Shown here piece by piece: positions 44,170 to 57,877 of a stretch of DNA of 64,000 nt. Location of the stretch: the NCBI GenBank assembly GCA_010356995.1, contig ML996708.1, positions 372,001 to 436,000 of the forward strand, written 5' to 3'. The notes under the pieces were generated by a model, which was given only the letters and a program-made list of their open reading frames with translations, was not told the DNA's origin and made no database searches. Source of the DNA: Trichodelitschia bisporula. Its lineage: Eukaryota. The number at the start of each line of letters is the position of its first letter. Position 1 is the stretch's first letter. A program made the translations under genes and the position numbers.

Positions 44170-45168
44170 TCATCCCGTCGCCGTCTTAACCTGCAACCCC
44201 GCACTCCCCCTACTACTAAAAATTGCCATAAGCCCAAAGCCTACATAAAACAGCGCGAGGGGATACGCAACCAGCAACCTCATACTCGTCATCCGTCCCA
44301 CAGCGCAAAACATAGCAGAGCTGCTATACGTGCACCACGCGATCGCCGCCACCGTGAGCAAGTACCCGAACACCGTGTCCATAGGCAGCACTATGCCCAC
44401 CAGACTCGTGATCACGAGGGGGAGGAGGCAGTACCCGAGCACGGAGGCGGAGCGCGCGATGGTGAGCGTGGAGCTGAAATGGCCGGATCCGATCGGGCGG
44501 TGCGGGTGCGCGTCGGCGGCGGCGCTCGATTCGGCGGGCGAGAGGGGCGGGGCCATGAGGGAGAGGATTGTGTGCAGGCCTGTGGAGCCGAGGAGCGCGA
44601 GGCCGTAGATGTAGCCGAAGTGGAGCTTGCCGGACTAGCCTGTTAGCGGTGACGGGCCCGGGACGGGGCGACTTACGAATAAGAGGAAGAAGCCGAAGAG
44701 GAGGAAGAAGAGCACCGGCCCTGCTAGGTCCGAGTCGTCCATGATGTGCTGGTCGATGCGCGCGAGGGGGTTGAGGACGGTGAGGGTCTGGGTGGGGGGT
44801 TAGCTTGCGACTATGAGGGATGGAGTTTGGGGGGGTGGGGGGGGGTATACTTTGAGCTTGATATGCGCAAAGTTCACACCCAACTCCTCCAAAAGCGGCG
44901 GCTCGCCATCATACCCCTCGGTTCCAAACGCGGCCAGCCACCCCGTTCTCAAACCGCCTTGCTCGCCCATGCGTCCCGCGACGCCGGGCTGGCCCGCGAA
45001 GCCCGACCCGAAGCCTGAGCTGCCATAGGCGTTTGTCGAGGAGCTGCTGTAGGCTTGGAAGGGCGTGGAGTGGCCGGAGACGGGTTGGGTGGGATATTGG
45101 CTGGGGTAGAATTGGAGGTTTTGCGCGGCGCCGTAGGGGGGTTGGTTGGGGTAGCCGTATTGTGCCAT
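44170..45168 (-). CDS. YIP1: Yip1/YIPF5 ER-Golgi trafficking protein; 3 exons
   Basis: GWLAAFGTEGYDGEPPLLEELGVNF; spliced TLTVLNP..IMDDSDLAGP; SGKLHFGYIYG; SVLGYCLLPLV; LVAYPLALFY. Confidence 0.96.
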
Positions 45169-45509
45169 GGTGGGTGGTGAGGGAGTGTACCCAGCGGAGA
45201 GAGGAGGTGGGATTCGAGCTGTAAGGGGTTGTAGACAGTGGTGGTGATGGCAATATCGTTGTGTTGTATGTGCCGTTACTCTAGGGAGACACGCCCAAGC
45301 AATGATGCATATGTGTATACCGAAGTTCGCCGCTGCCTTACTCGTCAGGCTTTCAGGGCTTGGCGGAATTTCTACATCTTGCCTCGCCCCATCGCCGCAT
45401 TCCCCCGCAAACCTCTTCTCTCACCTGTTTCCTTCGGCCTTCCTCACCACATCGCCCAAAGGTCCCAATCACTAGCACACTGTTTTAAGGCTCTATCGTC
45501 TTACTCATA

Positions 45510-46513
45510 ATGGGCTGGTTCTGGGCCGATCCCGCCCCCGCGCCTCCCCGCGCCCCCAATCCCATCCCCACCCCTCATGCCTCCCCACCAGTACGCCCCC
45601 CAAAGCACCCACGATAAGTCTCAACTAACACCACCAGCCCGGCTGCCCAATGCATGCGCCCGGCGCCGCAGCGCCCGCAACTACAGCACCCCCCTCAGGG
45701 CCACCACCAACAAGCGCCTGCCCCTACGTCCCCCCCGACAGCACCCCAACGGGCCGCCCCAGCACCCTCTCCAAACTCAACCCCCTAAACTACATGCCAA
45801 CCCACATCCCCAACACCAAATCCCCGCACCAATCCGTAACCCTCCCCCTGTCGCGGGAGCCCAGCACCATCCCTAAGGGCGACGGGTCAGGCACATGGGA
45901 GTACCCCAGCCCGCAGCAGATGTACAACGCCATGCTAAGGAAGGGGTACACAGACACGCCGGCCGATGCCGTGGAGGCTATGGTCGCGGTGCATAATTTC
46001 CTGAACGAAGGGGCGTGGGCCGAGATCGTGGAGTGGGAACGACGGTTTCACCGGGGTATGCTCGAGGGCGTGAAGCGCTGCGTGCACGGCGAAGAAGGCT
46101 CCGTCAGCGGCGCGGACATCGGGTCCGACTGGCCCGACGAAGACACGGCCCCCCCGCGGCTCACGCGCTTCATGGGCCGGCCCGGCGACCTCACGCCCAA
46201 AGCGCGCATTCTCCAGGCACTGGGCTCTGTGTGGCCGGCACGGTTCGGCGGCGAGGCGCCCTTCGACCGACATGATTGGTTTGTGAGAAGGAGTCTCCCC
46301 GGGGGCGGGGAGACGGAGGTGCGGTATGTTATTGATTATTACTCGGGGCCGCCGGAGGAGAGCGGTGAGCCGGTTTTCTTTCTTGATGTGCGCCCCGCGG
46401 TAGATACGCCGAGTGCGGCGTTGGCGAGGGTTGCGCGGTGGGGAGGGGATGTTTGGTGGAGGGGGACAGGGGGGGCGGTGAGGGCGGGGGAGAAGGGAGG
46501 GGTGGAGAATTGA
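45510..46513 (+). CDS. CYC3: Cytochrome c heme lyase (holocytochrome c synthase); intron 45591-45637
   Basis: Exon 1 MGWFWAD (the Cyc3 / N. crassa CYT-2 N-terminus); CPM and CPY heme-regulatory motifs; WEYPSPQQMYNAMLRKG, VHNFLNEGAW, PFDRHDW, RYVIDYY, LDVRPA. Confidence 0.95.
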
Positions 46514-46892
46514 GGCACGACGGTTGGTGGGGTGCGGGTTGTATATATAGATCTCTCTTCTCGGGTGTGTTAAGTGTGGATATCTCATCTTCCGTCTCTT
46601 CGTAGGGCTGAAGGCGTCGAGGGCACTTTATGGATAACGCGATGAGTTATGAACAATTCATTCCTGCTATTCGTGATCTTCCAGTCTGGCTGCCAGATTG
46701 AAGTTACATCTCTCCTGCCTCTTCGTGGTCTTCATAATCGCCTCTCAGCCCGGGGTAAGATATCAGACTAGATATCCAACATCGCCTTCACGTTTCAAAC
46801 CCCTTCCCCTCATAAAGACATACGCCATCGCCAACCAATCCTCAAACGCTCAAACGCACACAAAAAAACCAACACCCCATCTCTTCCATCCC

Positions 46893-48727
46893 CTATCTCC
46901 TCCTCCGATGCTGTGTCGCCTCCCCATTACTCCTCGAACTGACAGGCCTCCTCTTACTCCGCTCCCCACTCGGACTCCCCCCATCTCCCCCCATAAGCTC
47001 CGCAAGATCATTCTCCGCATTCCGCCTCGTCCTCGCCCGTCTCCGTCTCCGTCTCGCAGCCTCATCCCCTAACGTCAACGCCTCGGCCTCAGCCCCCGTA
47101 ACCTCCGCCCCAATCTCCATAGCCTGGACCTGCCGCGCCAGGGCCTCGTCATCCCGTTGCGCCGCCGCGGGGTCAGGCGCATTCGCAGCACCCATCTGCG
47201 CCCACCGCGCCCTTGGCCGGAGCATTTCGAACGGGCGCCATATATCCGGTACATCAAGCGGGCCCAGCGGCGCGCCCGGCGCACGCTCGCGCTGCGGCCG
47301 AGGCGGGGCCGGAGGCGCCGGTGGTGCAGGCTGCGGGCCGCCATTATCACCCTCGTTGTCCTCGGGTAGGTTGAACCAAGGACAATCGCAGCTCTTCCAC
47401 TGCAGGCCGCAGAGCATGCAGAACTCGGCCGCGCAGCGGCATTTCATGTGGTTGCATCCCTCAGCGAGTTGGACTAGGGCCTTGCAGTTGTAGCAGCGCT
47501 GCCAGCCGTGTTCCCGGCCTATCTCGAGGACGCGCAGGGTGGCAGGGTCGGCGGTGCAGTCGCGCGCGCCATGCCATTTCTGGCCACACGGTTTACACAC
47601 GTCTCTCCGGCATTTGGGGCATGTGCCGCGGCCGCGGCGGGTAGCCCGGTCATGGGAGATGTGTTTCGGCTTGATCCACTCGCCGCAGTGCTTCGTTGGA
47701 CAGTAGAGCCTGTTCTTGGTGGTGTACTCTGCGAACTTTTTGTTCCAGGTGCGCTTGAAGGGGGTGTCGAAGAGGCGGTCAACGTGCTTGAGGGGGATGG
47801 GGGAGTCGGAACAGCACTTTGGGGGCATGAGTTGTGGGTCTGTGACGCTGAGTTTGAAGACGCGCTTGAGGCAGTCGTGGCAGATCCGGTGGGTGCAGTC
47901 GAGTTTGGCGGATTTGCGCACGGGGACGTCGTCGGCGAGGCAGGTTATGCATTCGACTCTGTGAGGGTTAGTTTGCGGTGCGATAAGGTGGGGATGGGGA
48001 TGACAGACTTGACTGGCGCGCGGGGTGGGACGGGTGCTGGCGCGAAGAGCGCAAAGGGGCCTGACGACTTCTTCTTGTCCTTCTCCTTGTCCTTTTCTCT
48101 CTCCTTCTCTCTCTCCTTGTGCGCATCCGCAGTCGGCGGCCTCTTCGCGCTCTTCTCAGGCTCAGTGGTCGTCGTCGCCGACCTGCTCCTCACCTTCACC
48201 ACCTCACCCGTCGACTTACGTCGCGGCCGCACCAGCGCCGACGACCTCGTCTGTCTCGGCAAAAAGAGCGCCTCAAGCACACTGTATCCATCAGTATGGG
48301 GCATATCGACATTGACAGATTATTCCGCGCGCGCGGCGCAAACGCACCTGGTCCTTTGAATATGAACCCTCCGCCCCCGAGATTGGGTCGTGTCAGCGCG
48401 CGGCGTCGACGCATCGCCGCTCGCCACGCAGCCGACCCATGTGTCACGGCCGGGGTGCTGCGCGGGCGGGGCCAACGAGTGCAGGACGGCGGAATAGGCT
48501 GCGGACGTGGAGGGGGAGCAAGGCTGCGATGACGAGCCTGACGAGGGTTCGTTTTCGCCCTCTGATTCAGAGCTTGAGGGTTCCGAGGTGCTTCCATCGT
48601 AGTCGGTGGGCGGCTCTTCTGCGCCCCAGCTGTTTGTCAGCGCTTCGAGCGTGCGTGTGTACGCTGTGCTCGTTTGTGGTGCGGCGGCACTGCTGGTACT
48701 GCGCGAAAGCGGCCACCACTGCGCCAT
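46893..48727 (-). CDS. RBR (RING1-IBR-RING2) E3 ubiquitin ligase; 3 exons
   Basis: Spliced VECITCLADD..CTHRICHDC..PPKCC; IBR RLYCP..CGEWI..CPKC..CKPC..WH; RING2 WQRCYNC..GCNHMKCRCAAEFCMLCG..W. The 5' end is less certain. Confidence 0.9.
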
Positions 48728-49606
48728 TATATGTAGCTAGAGGCCGCTGGAAGGGGGTGTGTTCGTTGCAGCGTTCCTCAGGCCAAAAGCATCACTTGCA
48801 GGCGGTTCCGCGGGGGAAGACGGCGGGCGGCGACCATTTGCGTTGCTGGCGGGTTGCTGGCAAGCTGGCAATCGGGCGTCAAGGGCACAAGGCAGGCAGG
48901 AAGGCAGGCAGGTCAGTCGCGCGACGCGGGCATGGTGCAGATGGCGACGGTTGGATGGTGGGTCCCGGAGGACGAGGTATCGGAAGTGTGACGCTGGCCG
49001 GTTGGGCTGGGAGGGAAAAAATTGCAGGGCGGAGAGTTCAGCACGCGACTTCTCAGGCGACGAATGGGGCCGAGGCTTGGAGGGACGAAGGTAAGGCAGG
49101 CTGAGTTGTTGCTTTGCTTGGTCAAATGCAGTGGGGATGTCAAGGTTGAGGGATAGATCGCATGGCTGCATAAGGGGGACCGGGAGGGTTGGTGTTGTTG
49201 GCCGAATCATCGAGCGGTTTGGCTTACTGGAGTGCTGGCAAACTCCTTATCCCGTTCCGTGCCGGCTCGCCGGTCAACGCTCCATGCTTCAGCCTTCAAC
49301 CATCACTTCATTCTTCAGCCGCTGGCGTCCTCCAGGCTGTAAGGATGGGCCTTTCCTTCATGCTCTGAAGAGCTGTCACAGCGAGTTGTAGTCTCTCGGG
49401 CTGGTCCTCTACCTCCGTACTAGAATCCCTGAACATCTCGTTTTCAGATTGATGAACTCCGGAATATCTCCTGTCGACTCCAAAGACGACAAGCATCGAC
49501 ATGTATTTTAGCATATTGCTCAACTCGCACCTCGCACCTCGAGCTAGTAACAATGGATCGTCCGTCTTCTCGTTTCTAATCGCTCTCTTGGTCTCCTCTC
49601 TCGCAA

Positions 49607-51120
49607 ATGCTTTCTCTCCGGTCATTACTGTTCAGCATCTTCGTCTTCAGCTTCCTGGTGGCCATCTGCCATGGAGAGATATGTACAGTTACTCCGGGCC
49701 CCAAAGGAAAGGATGACGCTCCTGCCATCGTCAACGCGTTCAGGCGTTGCGGTCAAAATGGAAAGGTCATATTCCTCAATAAAACCTACCACATAAATTC
49801 GGTGATGAACACGACAGCGCTACGAAATTGCGAGATTGACCTCCAGGGAACCTTGCTGGTTTGCTCCATAGCAGCCAAAGCTCTCAGCCTAACCAGAGCA
49901 GTGGAGCAATGACATCGACTACTGGCTAAAACATTCCATGTCCATCGGCTACCAGAACCAGAGCACGGTGTGGTTCCTGGGCGGAGATAACATCACCTTC
50001 CATGGTGGAGGAGTCGGAACCTTTGACGGTAACGTGGGTGACTGCCATGATGGGCTAGCTTGAATGCTTACCCGGCATAGGGTCAGGCGTGGTATGAATT
50101 CGTCAAAGGCGTCTCAAACTATCCCCGTAAGTGCTGTGACTTTGCAATCAGAAGACTGATTTGGGAGGACGACCAATGGGCCTGACCATCTGGCGCGCGA
50201 GAAACTCTGTCTTCAAGGGGCTCCGCTTTATCAAGAGCCAGATGTGGTATGCACCCTTTTCCTCGTAGATGCTTGCCTGATCACCAAGGACCATGACCAT
50301 CATTCATTCCAAATCCATCCTTTTGGAAGACATATATGTCAACAGCTCGTCGTCCACGCGGCGGCCGGCACGGAATACGGATGGAGCGGACACCATGTTC
50401 TCGGACGACATCACCTTTCGCCGCTGGACAGTCGTAAATGGCGACGACGGCATCTCGGTCAAAGCCAATACCACCAACACGCTCATCGAAGACAGCGTCT
50501 TCTACGGCCTCGGATTCGCCATAGGAAGTATCGGCCAGTACGCAGGCGTATTTGAAACTATCCAGAATATCACATTCCGGAATAGCGTCTACAAAGGACG
50601 CTCGCAGGCGGCGTACATCAAGACCTGGACCGGTAAATCGAAGGGCTATCCGCCGAACGGCGGTGGAGGCGGTCTGGGCTGTAAGTGAACTGCGTTACGT
50701 ACCAGTTGTACGCTAACGTTAGACTCCAGTTATACACAACATCAGTACGCTCTCCAAAACTGCAAGGAGGTTCATCGGTCACTGACTGGAGTAGCGGTCA
50801 CAAACATCACCATAGCCAATGGCACGGCAGTCTTTGGCATCAACCGATGCACGCACTTTACCAACGGCGGCGAAGCGGGTGACTGTGGAACCTCCCAATT
50901 CCAAATCCACGACGTCAGCATCTCCCACATCCGCGGAAATATATCCAAGGACGTGATAGCAGATCTCAGGTGTAGTGCTGCAGCGCCGTGTTCGAGAATC
51001 GGTTTTGATGACGTCCACGTCTTCAATTCTGCAACCGGGAATAGGTCCACAAGGTACAAGTGTGACAGCGTGGTCGACCCGAAAGGTACCATATGTGCAA
51101 GGAAGAAGTCACAGACTTAG
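49607..51120 (+). CDS. Secreted glycoside hydrolase family 28 (exo-acting, rgxB/alpha-L-rhamnosidase-like); 7 exons including a 15-nt microexon at 50730-50744
   Basis: Signal peptide; DDAPAI; YQNQSTVW; FDGNGQAWY; NTDG; NGDD; AIGSIGQY; YIKTWTG; GYPPNGGGGGLG. All six introns restore frame; stop TAG at 51118-51120. Confidence 0.9.
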
Positions 51121-52254
51121 TCAGTGTCCAGAAGCCAAGTTGAGAGACCTACAAGTGCATGAATAAATTCCTCGAGACGGTATACCTCCCCTCTATCGAT
51201 AGGCAACGGTTCTGTTAAAGCGGGCTGAAGTGAAGGAGTGGTACGCGTGAACGTGACGAGAATGCGGCTGCTGTCAGCACGGAATTGCGGGGGATGACGC
51301 CCCTCATCCAGCCCTACCGAGCCCGTGCTACGTCATACAAATATTCGCAACGGTCGTTGCTCCGTAGAGTAGCTTGTGTATGAAGAGCTGGAGGTGGGAG
51401 GATGGGTACCAGCATCAACTCATATGCACAGCCGTTAGGGAAGTACAGCAGACTCCCCACTGCTGTTTCTTGGATTAGGCGTACAGACGTTGCATGGCAC
51501 GTAAGGATGAGGGGCCCTGCCAAGCCCGCCCTGAACCAAACGCATGCTGCGTAGAGAGATTTTGCCTGTGACTGTGCGTTTTGAACTTGGCGGGTAGAGT
51601 TTAGGTATCACTATCACTAGCTACATATCCAATCCAAAGATCTTCGGGAACGATCTCAACGATGAGCTCAGATATCTCGGTATGTCGGTCAAGATTTCGC
51701 CTTTCGGGTTTCCGGCGAGTCGGAGCGGTCATCGGTCCCCTTTCTCGCCATATTCACCATATTCCAGACCCACGATAACTCGTAAACGGAACGGCTTCGT
51801 CCCAACTTTTATGAGCCAACAAATCTCGCGGGGCAAGAAGGCAGCAGCATCTAGACTTGTTAACACGATGGAGGCGCAGAGTAGAAAAAGAAACAATTGC
51901 TCCAACCTTCTGAACCTACAATCACAACTTCGTGGCTACTGTGTACGGGTATAGAGAGGTGTTGTATCGGCTTGTCGGTCGTTGTTTCCGTTTTGTTTTC
52001 ACCCACCTTTCGCTAACTAAGCGGTCCGTGCCCTGTGTCCGCTCCACGCCATCCTCTGCACCGCCAGGTCGAAGGCAGTTTATTCGATCCCACACATTGC
52101 TATCCTCCACCACTTTTGCCTTTGTAGAAGGGCTTTGGATTCTTGCTGTGTGCAAAACACTCTCGACCTGGGCCTCTCTTAGCAGTTGTCCTTCAATAAC
52201 CAACTCGAGTAGTCTGGTCTCTGTACAGGTACACAACAGTCGATTACTGCGACA

Positions 52255-55200
52255 ATGGCTGGGAACCTGCGCGAGCGGATCGCCGCGACTCTGGACCCCA
52301 ATCCCGAGGCTCGCCAGCAAGCTGAACATGACCTGAAATATGTACTTACTTTCTCGCCTACTGCATACCGTAGACTGACTTGCACAGGCTGAAGTGCAAC
52401 CTGGGTTCCCGAATGCGTTGCTCGATATCCTCGAGATAGAGACTGACAACAGCATCCGTCTTTCCAGTATGCCTACGCCCACGATACATATCTGCATAGA
52501 CTCTAACGCTACTAGCTGCCATTTACCTCAAGAATCGCACGACCAAGGGATGGGCCCCGGACGAGGAGTTCTCCCAGGCAACGCCGATCCCCGAAAACGA
52601 GAAACCTGCTTTCAGGCAGCGTCTTATCCCCGTTCTTGCGAACTCAACTCACCAAGTGCGCGCACAGCTCATCCCAACCCTCCAAAAAATCCTATCTTTC
52701 GACTTCCCCGCCAAGTGGCCCGACTTCCTAGATATCACGGTGCAATTACTGGGGGCGAATGACGCGAACTCCGTATTCGCTGGCGTTCAATGTCTGCTCG
52801 CCATATGCAGGGTGTACCGGTTCAAGGCCGACAACACCCGCGATGAGTTTGAGAAGGTTGTTGCGATAACGTTTCCGCTATTGCTGAACATTGGCAATCG
52901 CATAGTTGGCGAGCAAAGCCTTGAGGCGGGCGAGATTCTACGCACCGTCATGAAGACGTACAAGCACGCTATCTATGTAAGTGGCATACATATAGGTCCA
53001 CGAACACTTTATACTGATGTGATATAGTTCGAGCTTCCGGTTCATCTCCGTAGCCACGAAAGCATGGTCGGCTGGTGTACGCTGTTCCTCACTTTGGTTG
53101 CTAAGGAACCTCCAGCATGCTCGCTACCAGAGGATCTTGAGGAGCGGGAGACGAACCACTGGTGGAAGTCGAAGAAATGGGCGTACGCGAATCTGAACCG
53201 GCTGTTCGTGCGATATGGAAACCCTACGACCCTGAACAAGAGCAGCGAGAAGGACTATAGCGAAGTGGCGAAAAACTTCATCAATAATTTTGCGCCAGAG
53301 ATTCTCAAGGTTTACCTCCAACAGATCGAAAAGTGGGTGGCGAAGACGACCTGGCTCAGCAAGGGGTGCCTTTCCTACACACTCGCTTATCTTGATGAGT
53401 GCATCAAGCCAAAGTCGATGTGGTCTCTCCTGAAGCCTCACATGGAAACTCTCATTACCCACCTGCTCTTCCCGGTCTTGTGTCAATCGGATGAGGACAT
53501 TGAACTGTTCCGGGATGACCCTTCGGAGTATCTCCATCGTAAGCTCAATTTCTATGAGGAGGTGTCAGCTCCGGATGTTGCCGCCACCAACTTCCTGGTG
53601 ACGCTGACCAAGAGCCGGCGCAAGCAGACCTTCACGGTGTTGCACTTTGTTAATAACATCGTCAACCGCTACGAGGAGGCTCCGGAGGCCCAGAGGAATC
53701 CGCGTGAGAAGGAAGGAGCTCTGCGCATGATCGGAACCCTAGCTCCAGTCATTCTTGGGAAGCGGAGTCCTATTGCTGATCAGGTTGAGTTGTTTTTCGT
53801 TCGCCATGTGTTTCCAGAGTTCCGGAGCCCTCACGGGTTTCTTCGTGCCCGTGCCTGCGACACGCTCGAAAAGTTCGAGCGTCTGGAGTTCAAAGATCCG
53901 CAGAATCTTGTGGTCATCTACCGCAATATTCTGGATGCGATGAACGACCCGGAGCTTCCCGTCCGTGTCGAGGCTGCTCTCGCTCTTCAGCCGCTCATTC
54001 GACACGATGTGATCCGCAACGCCATGCAGCAGAACATCCCGCAGATCATGCAGCAGCTCTTGAAGCTTGCGAACGAGGTGGATGTTGATGCGCTAGCCAA
54101 CGTTATGGAGGACTTTGTCGAAGTGTTTGCCCAGGAACTCACTCCGTTTGCGGTGGCGTTGAGCGAGCAGCTTCGGGACACGTATCTTCGGATTGTTCGC
54201 GAGCTGATCGAGCGCAATCAGCAAAAGGGTGACGAGTCGGAATACGGCGATTACCTCGACGACAAGAGCATTACTGCTTTGGGTGTGCTGCAGACCATCG
54301 GAACGCTCATCCTCACGCTTGAGAGCACTCCTGATGTCTTGCTGCACCTCGAGACAATCCTCACACCCGTCATCACCATCACTCTCGAGAACAAGCTTTA
54401 CGATCTGTACAACGAAGTCTTCGAAATCATCGACAGCTGCACCTTTGCCGCCAAGTCGATTTCGCCGACCATGTGGTATGCCTTTGAGTTGATCCACAAA
54501 ACGTTCAAGGCTGGCGCCGAACTGTACCTGGAGGACATGCTTCCGGCACTGGAGAACTTTGTCACGTATGGCTCGCAGATGCTCATCCAGAACACCGCCT
54601 ACCTCGACGCTGTGGTTGACATGATTCGTGTCATCTTCAAGGAAGACAAAGTTGGTGGCGTTGATAGGATCTGCGGTTGCAAGCTGGCCGAAATTGTCAT
54701 GCTGAATCTTCGGGACCATATCGACCCTTACGTTCCCGAGTTCATCCACCTCGCCATGATCTACCTGAAGAGCGACGAGACCCGGCTCAAGTCTTACAAG
54801 GTGCACATGATGGAGATGGTCATCAACGCCATCTACTACAACCCGCGTCTCGCGATGCATGTTCTTGAGCAGAATGGCTGGACCAACGATTTCTTCAGCC
54901 TGTGGTTTGCCAACATTGACAGTTTCACTCGTGTTCATGACAAGAAGCTGTCTATTGCCGCGATCACGTCCCTCCTGACCCTGCAGGCTCACGAGATTCC
55001 TCCAACCATTCAGCGGGGCTGGCCTCGCCTGCTCCAGGGACTGGTCCGATTGTTCCAGACTCTTCCTGCGGCCATAAAAAGTAAGTACTCGCCTATTCGT
55101 ACGTGTCATCGGATGTGAGAACTGACTTATCACTTCAGATCGTGAAGAGGCGACCAAGGAAGAAAACTTCGACCTCAGCACGGATTACGAGGAAGAAGAT

Positions 55201-55665
55201 GATGAGGAGTGGGACCATCCGGGTGAATGGGAGAACGAAAATGACGAGACCGAGGATGTCAAGGACGAGAGCACTGCGTATCTCGAGTTCCTCAATGAAG
55301 AGGTATGTCTTTGGCAGTGGTAATGTCGGCATCGCTAACAACGGACACAGGCCCAGAAGTTCCAAAATCTCCAGGATGACGACGGACAAGAACTGGAGGA
55401 AGAAAGTCTTCTTGAAACCCCACTTGACAAGGTGGAGCCCTACGGCCTGCTCAAGACGGTCTTGCTGCGTATGTATTTATCCGCCGTGCGTCTTCCAGTG
55501 CTTACCATCGCAGATCTCCAACATGAGCAGCCGCAGCTCTACGACAATATAACCAAGCCCCTCAGCGTCGAAGAGAAGCAAGTCCTTGAGGCTGCCGTCA
55601 ACCAAGCCGACGTCATTGCTCAGCAAGCGACAGCGGCCTTGGCCAACGGGCATGCAACAACATAA
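52255..55665 (+). CDS. NMD5: Importin-7/8-like karyopherin; 7 exons
   Basis: IBN_N start (LRERIAATLDPNPEARQQAEHDLKY..AIYLKN); DFPAKWP; WWKSKKWAYANLNRLFVRYG; REKEGALRMIG; RVHDKKLSI; acidic C-terminus; six canonical introns. Confidence 0.95.
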
Positions 55666-57743
55666 GCTTCAGGCTATAGCACGTTGTACATAGCACTCTC
55701 TTGCCACCACCCCACTTCCGGATTAGCATTTCTGCCCCGTGATCCTCACGTCATACATCCCGTTTGCACTTTGGAGGTCAGGGCGTCGCAATTTGTCGGG
55801 TTGTAACCTTGACTTGGGCGTTGGGAGGACATGTTGAGCGTGCCGAGCGATCGGTATGCGTGGCTGAGGTCATCATTGTGGCGAAACGAAAGAGTAGGTT
55901 AACCTTGGGGGTCGGATCTGTGATGTTTCACGCGATGATAATGATGTGAGGTGAACGGTTATCGGTACATGGCGACTACGACGGGGTAAGGCCAACTGTT
56001 GATACCAATCGCGTTCGCTTTGCAGCCAGGTGAGAAGGAACTGTTACACCCACTCCTTTGGTCGAAGGTTGTTGCTTGCTTGTTTGCCGGTCAGAAAAAC
56101 TGTCGAATGAGATCTAGCACTCTGGTATAATACATTCCCAATGATGTGCTCCCGGTGTCTATCTGTTGCTTAACCTGCCTTTGGGCTCAGCTCGTCCGTT
56201 ATGTTGTTAGGGTCCTTCCACGCTTGCGCGATATACCTAGCCGTTACTCAGCAACAGCCCAATGGGCGAGGCGGGGGCGACTAACTTGGTATGACTTCCG
56301 CGAGCGAAGACGTCGCCATTGGCGTTCATGAACTTGATAGAGGTGAAGGCAAGCGTTTTGCCGACTACATTCTGTCAGTACTGTGCAAAGACGAGGCGAA
56401 AGATCATCCACACATTTATCACAGCTTACTTCCTGCACTAAGTCAGTTCCACCTCCCTATACATGGAACACCCAACTCACCGCGAGAATCTTATCGCCAA
56501 CCTTACCCCCAGAGCTGAGATACGTCACTCCAACCCATCAGCCTAGCCCCATCCAAAGAGTCACAAGTAAACACACCATTCAAATCCGTAGACACCCCCG
56601 TGGAAAACAGTCCCTTGGAAGCCACGGCCAACGAGCCTCCCAAATCCACTACGCCAATCAGTCGAGTCCATGCATTTGGAAGCAGGGATTGGGCCCACCC
56701 ATGCTGGCGATAGTTCCACCGTGGAGGATCTGAAGCCGGTTCTGTGGACGGAGTTAGTTGGGGCTGATCTGATCGACGGTCACAGGGCTTCGCGTCATAC
56801 CGTGTGCTCTTGCTTGATGTCTAGCTCGAATTTCACGCGTCCGGGGACGGCGTGGGTGACGCGGAGCTGGGATCGTCAGTCGGGCACTGATGGTCCAGTT
56901 ACCGTGCTGGGACGTACGCCATCAAGGAGCCTAGATAGAATTCATCAGTTCAAGTTTCATCATTCTTAGATTGGTTCATACGTGGGCTCAAGACCAGATT
57001 TCGCCCGGAACGATTCCCAGACCGAGTAGAGGTTAGATGTCGAAGGGTACTTCGCTGGTGAGTGGGCTCACCGTGCGGACGAATTTGAGAGCTGGCATTT
57101 TGGTCAATTGCTGCCTAATTTCGCGATTTCGGGTTACGCTAATAGGGGATACTTTGGGATGTCACGATGATCGGTTGCATCCTGCTTATTCCTTGATTCG
57201 GAGTTAGAGATCTTGGCCTGAGGCATTTATGAAGTTTATATGGACCGGGGTGCCAACATCATTCGAACCGCGCGTGCCGAACACAACGCATTGTTCTGCA
57301 GGATCCACAGTTCGGCAAACCGAACAAAGGCCTTCTCGTATATGAGTCCTCCTTGGCTGCATTGAGGTGCATCTGGGATCCGATGCCGATATTCCGAGAA
57401 CCTATCATCTGCATTCTCCACCCCACTGCAGTTCAGCGAAAAGTCACGATGCATCGAAGCATCACTGAGTCGACAAATGGATTTCTAATTCAACGGAGAT
57501 TGCGGGCAGCATGGCTTCCCCTCATTAAGCTGACTAAGTGGGCAAATGACTGTTATAACGCTGACGTCTCGACTACGTGACGTTCTGGGTCCATTACGCG
57601 TACGCCCTTTGACGGTACCGCGTTTGGGGTCGGGAGTGACGATCCAGAACCATCATAGCTGCTTCTGCCTGCATGATGTCACATGCACACGCGATGTACC
57701 ACTGCTGCACAACACACCGTCTGGTAGGCTCTTGCTGTCAATT

Positions 57744-57758
57744 GCGGGGTCTTATAAA
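57744..57758 (+). promoter_or_regulatory. CreA/Mig1-type site GCGGGG next to a TATAAA box upstream of the hexose transporter
   Basis: SYGGRG match at 57744-57749 and TATAAA at 57753-57758, about 120 bp before the ATG. Confidence 0.35.
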
Positions 57759-57877
57759 GGACTGTCCGGAGCTTTCTCTGCTTCTTATTCAGCACTTGCC
57801 AACTCCCACTCCGTTACTAAACACCTTTGACTAGACATTTTTGGCATAGAACAGTAACCGGTTCATCCTATTCTAGT

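Noticed and set aside
55670..57870. Degenerate gene near 56290-56730
   Set aside because: No consistent start, splice path or family motif could be built; treated as the transporter's upstream region.
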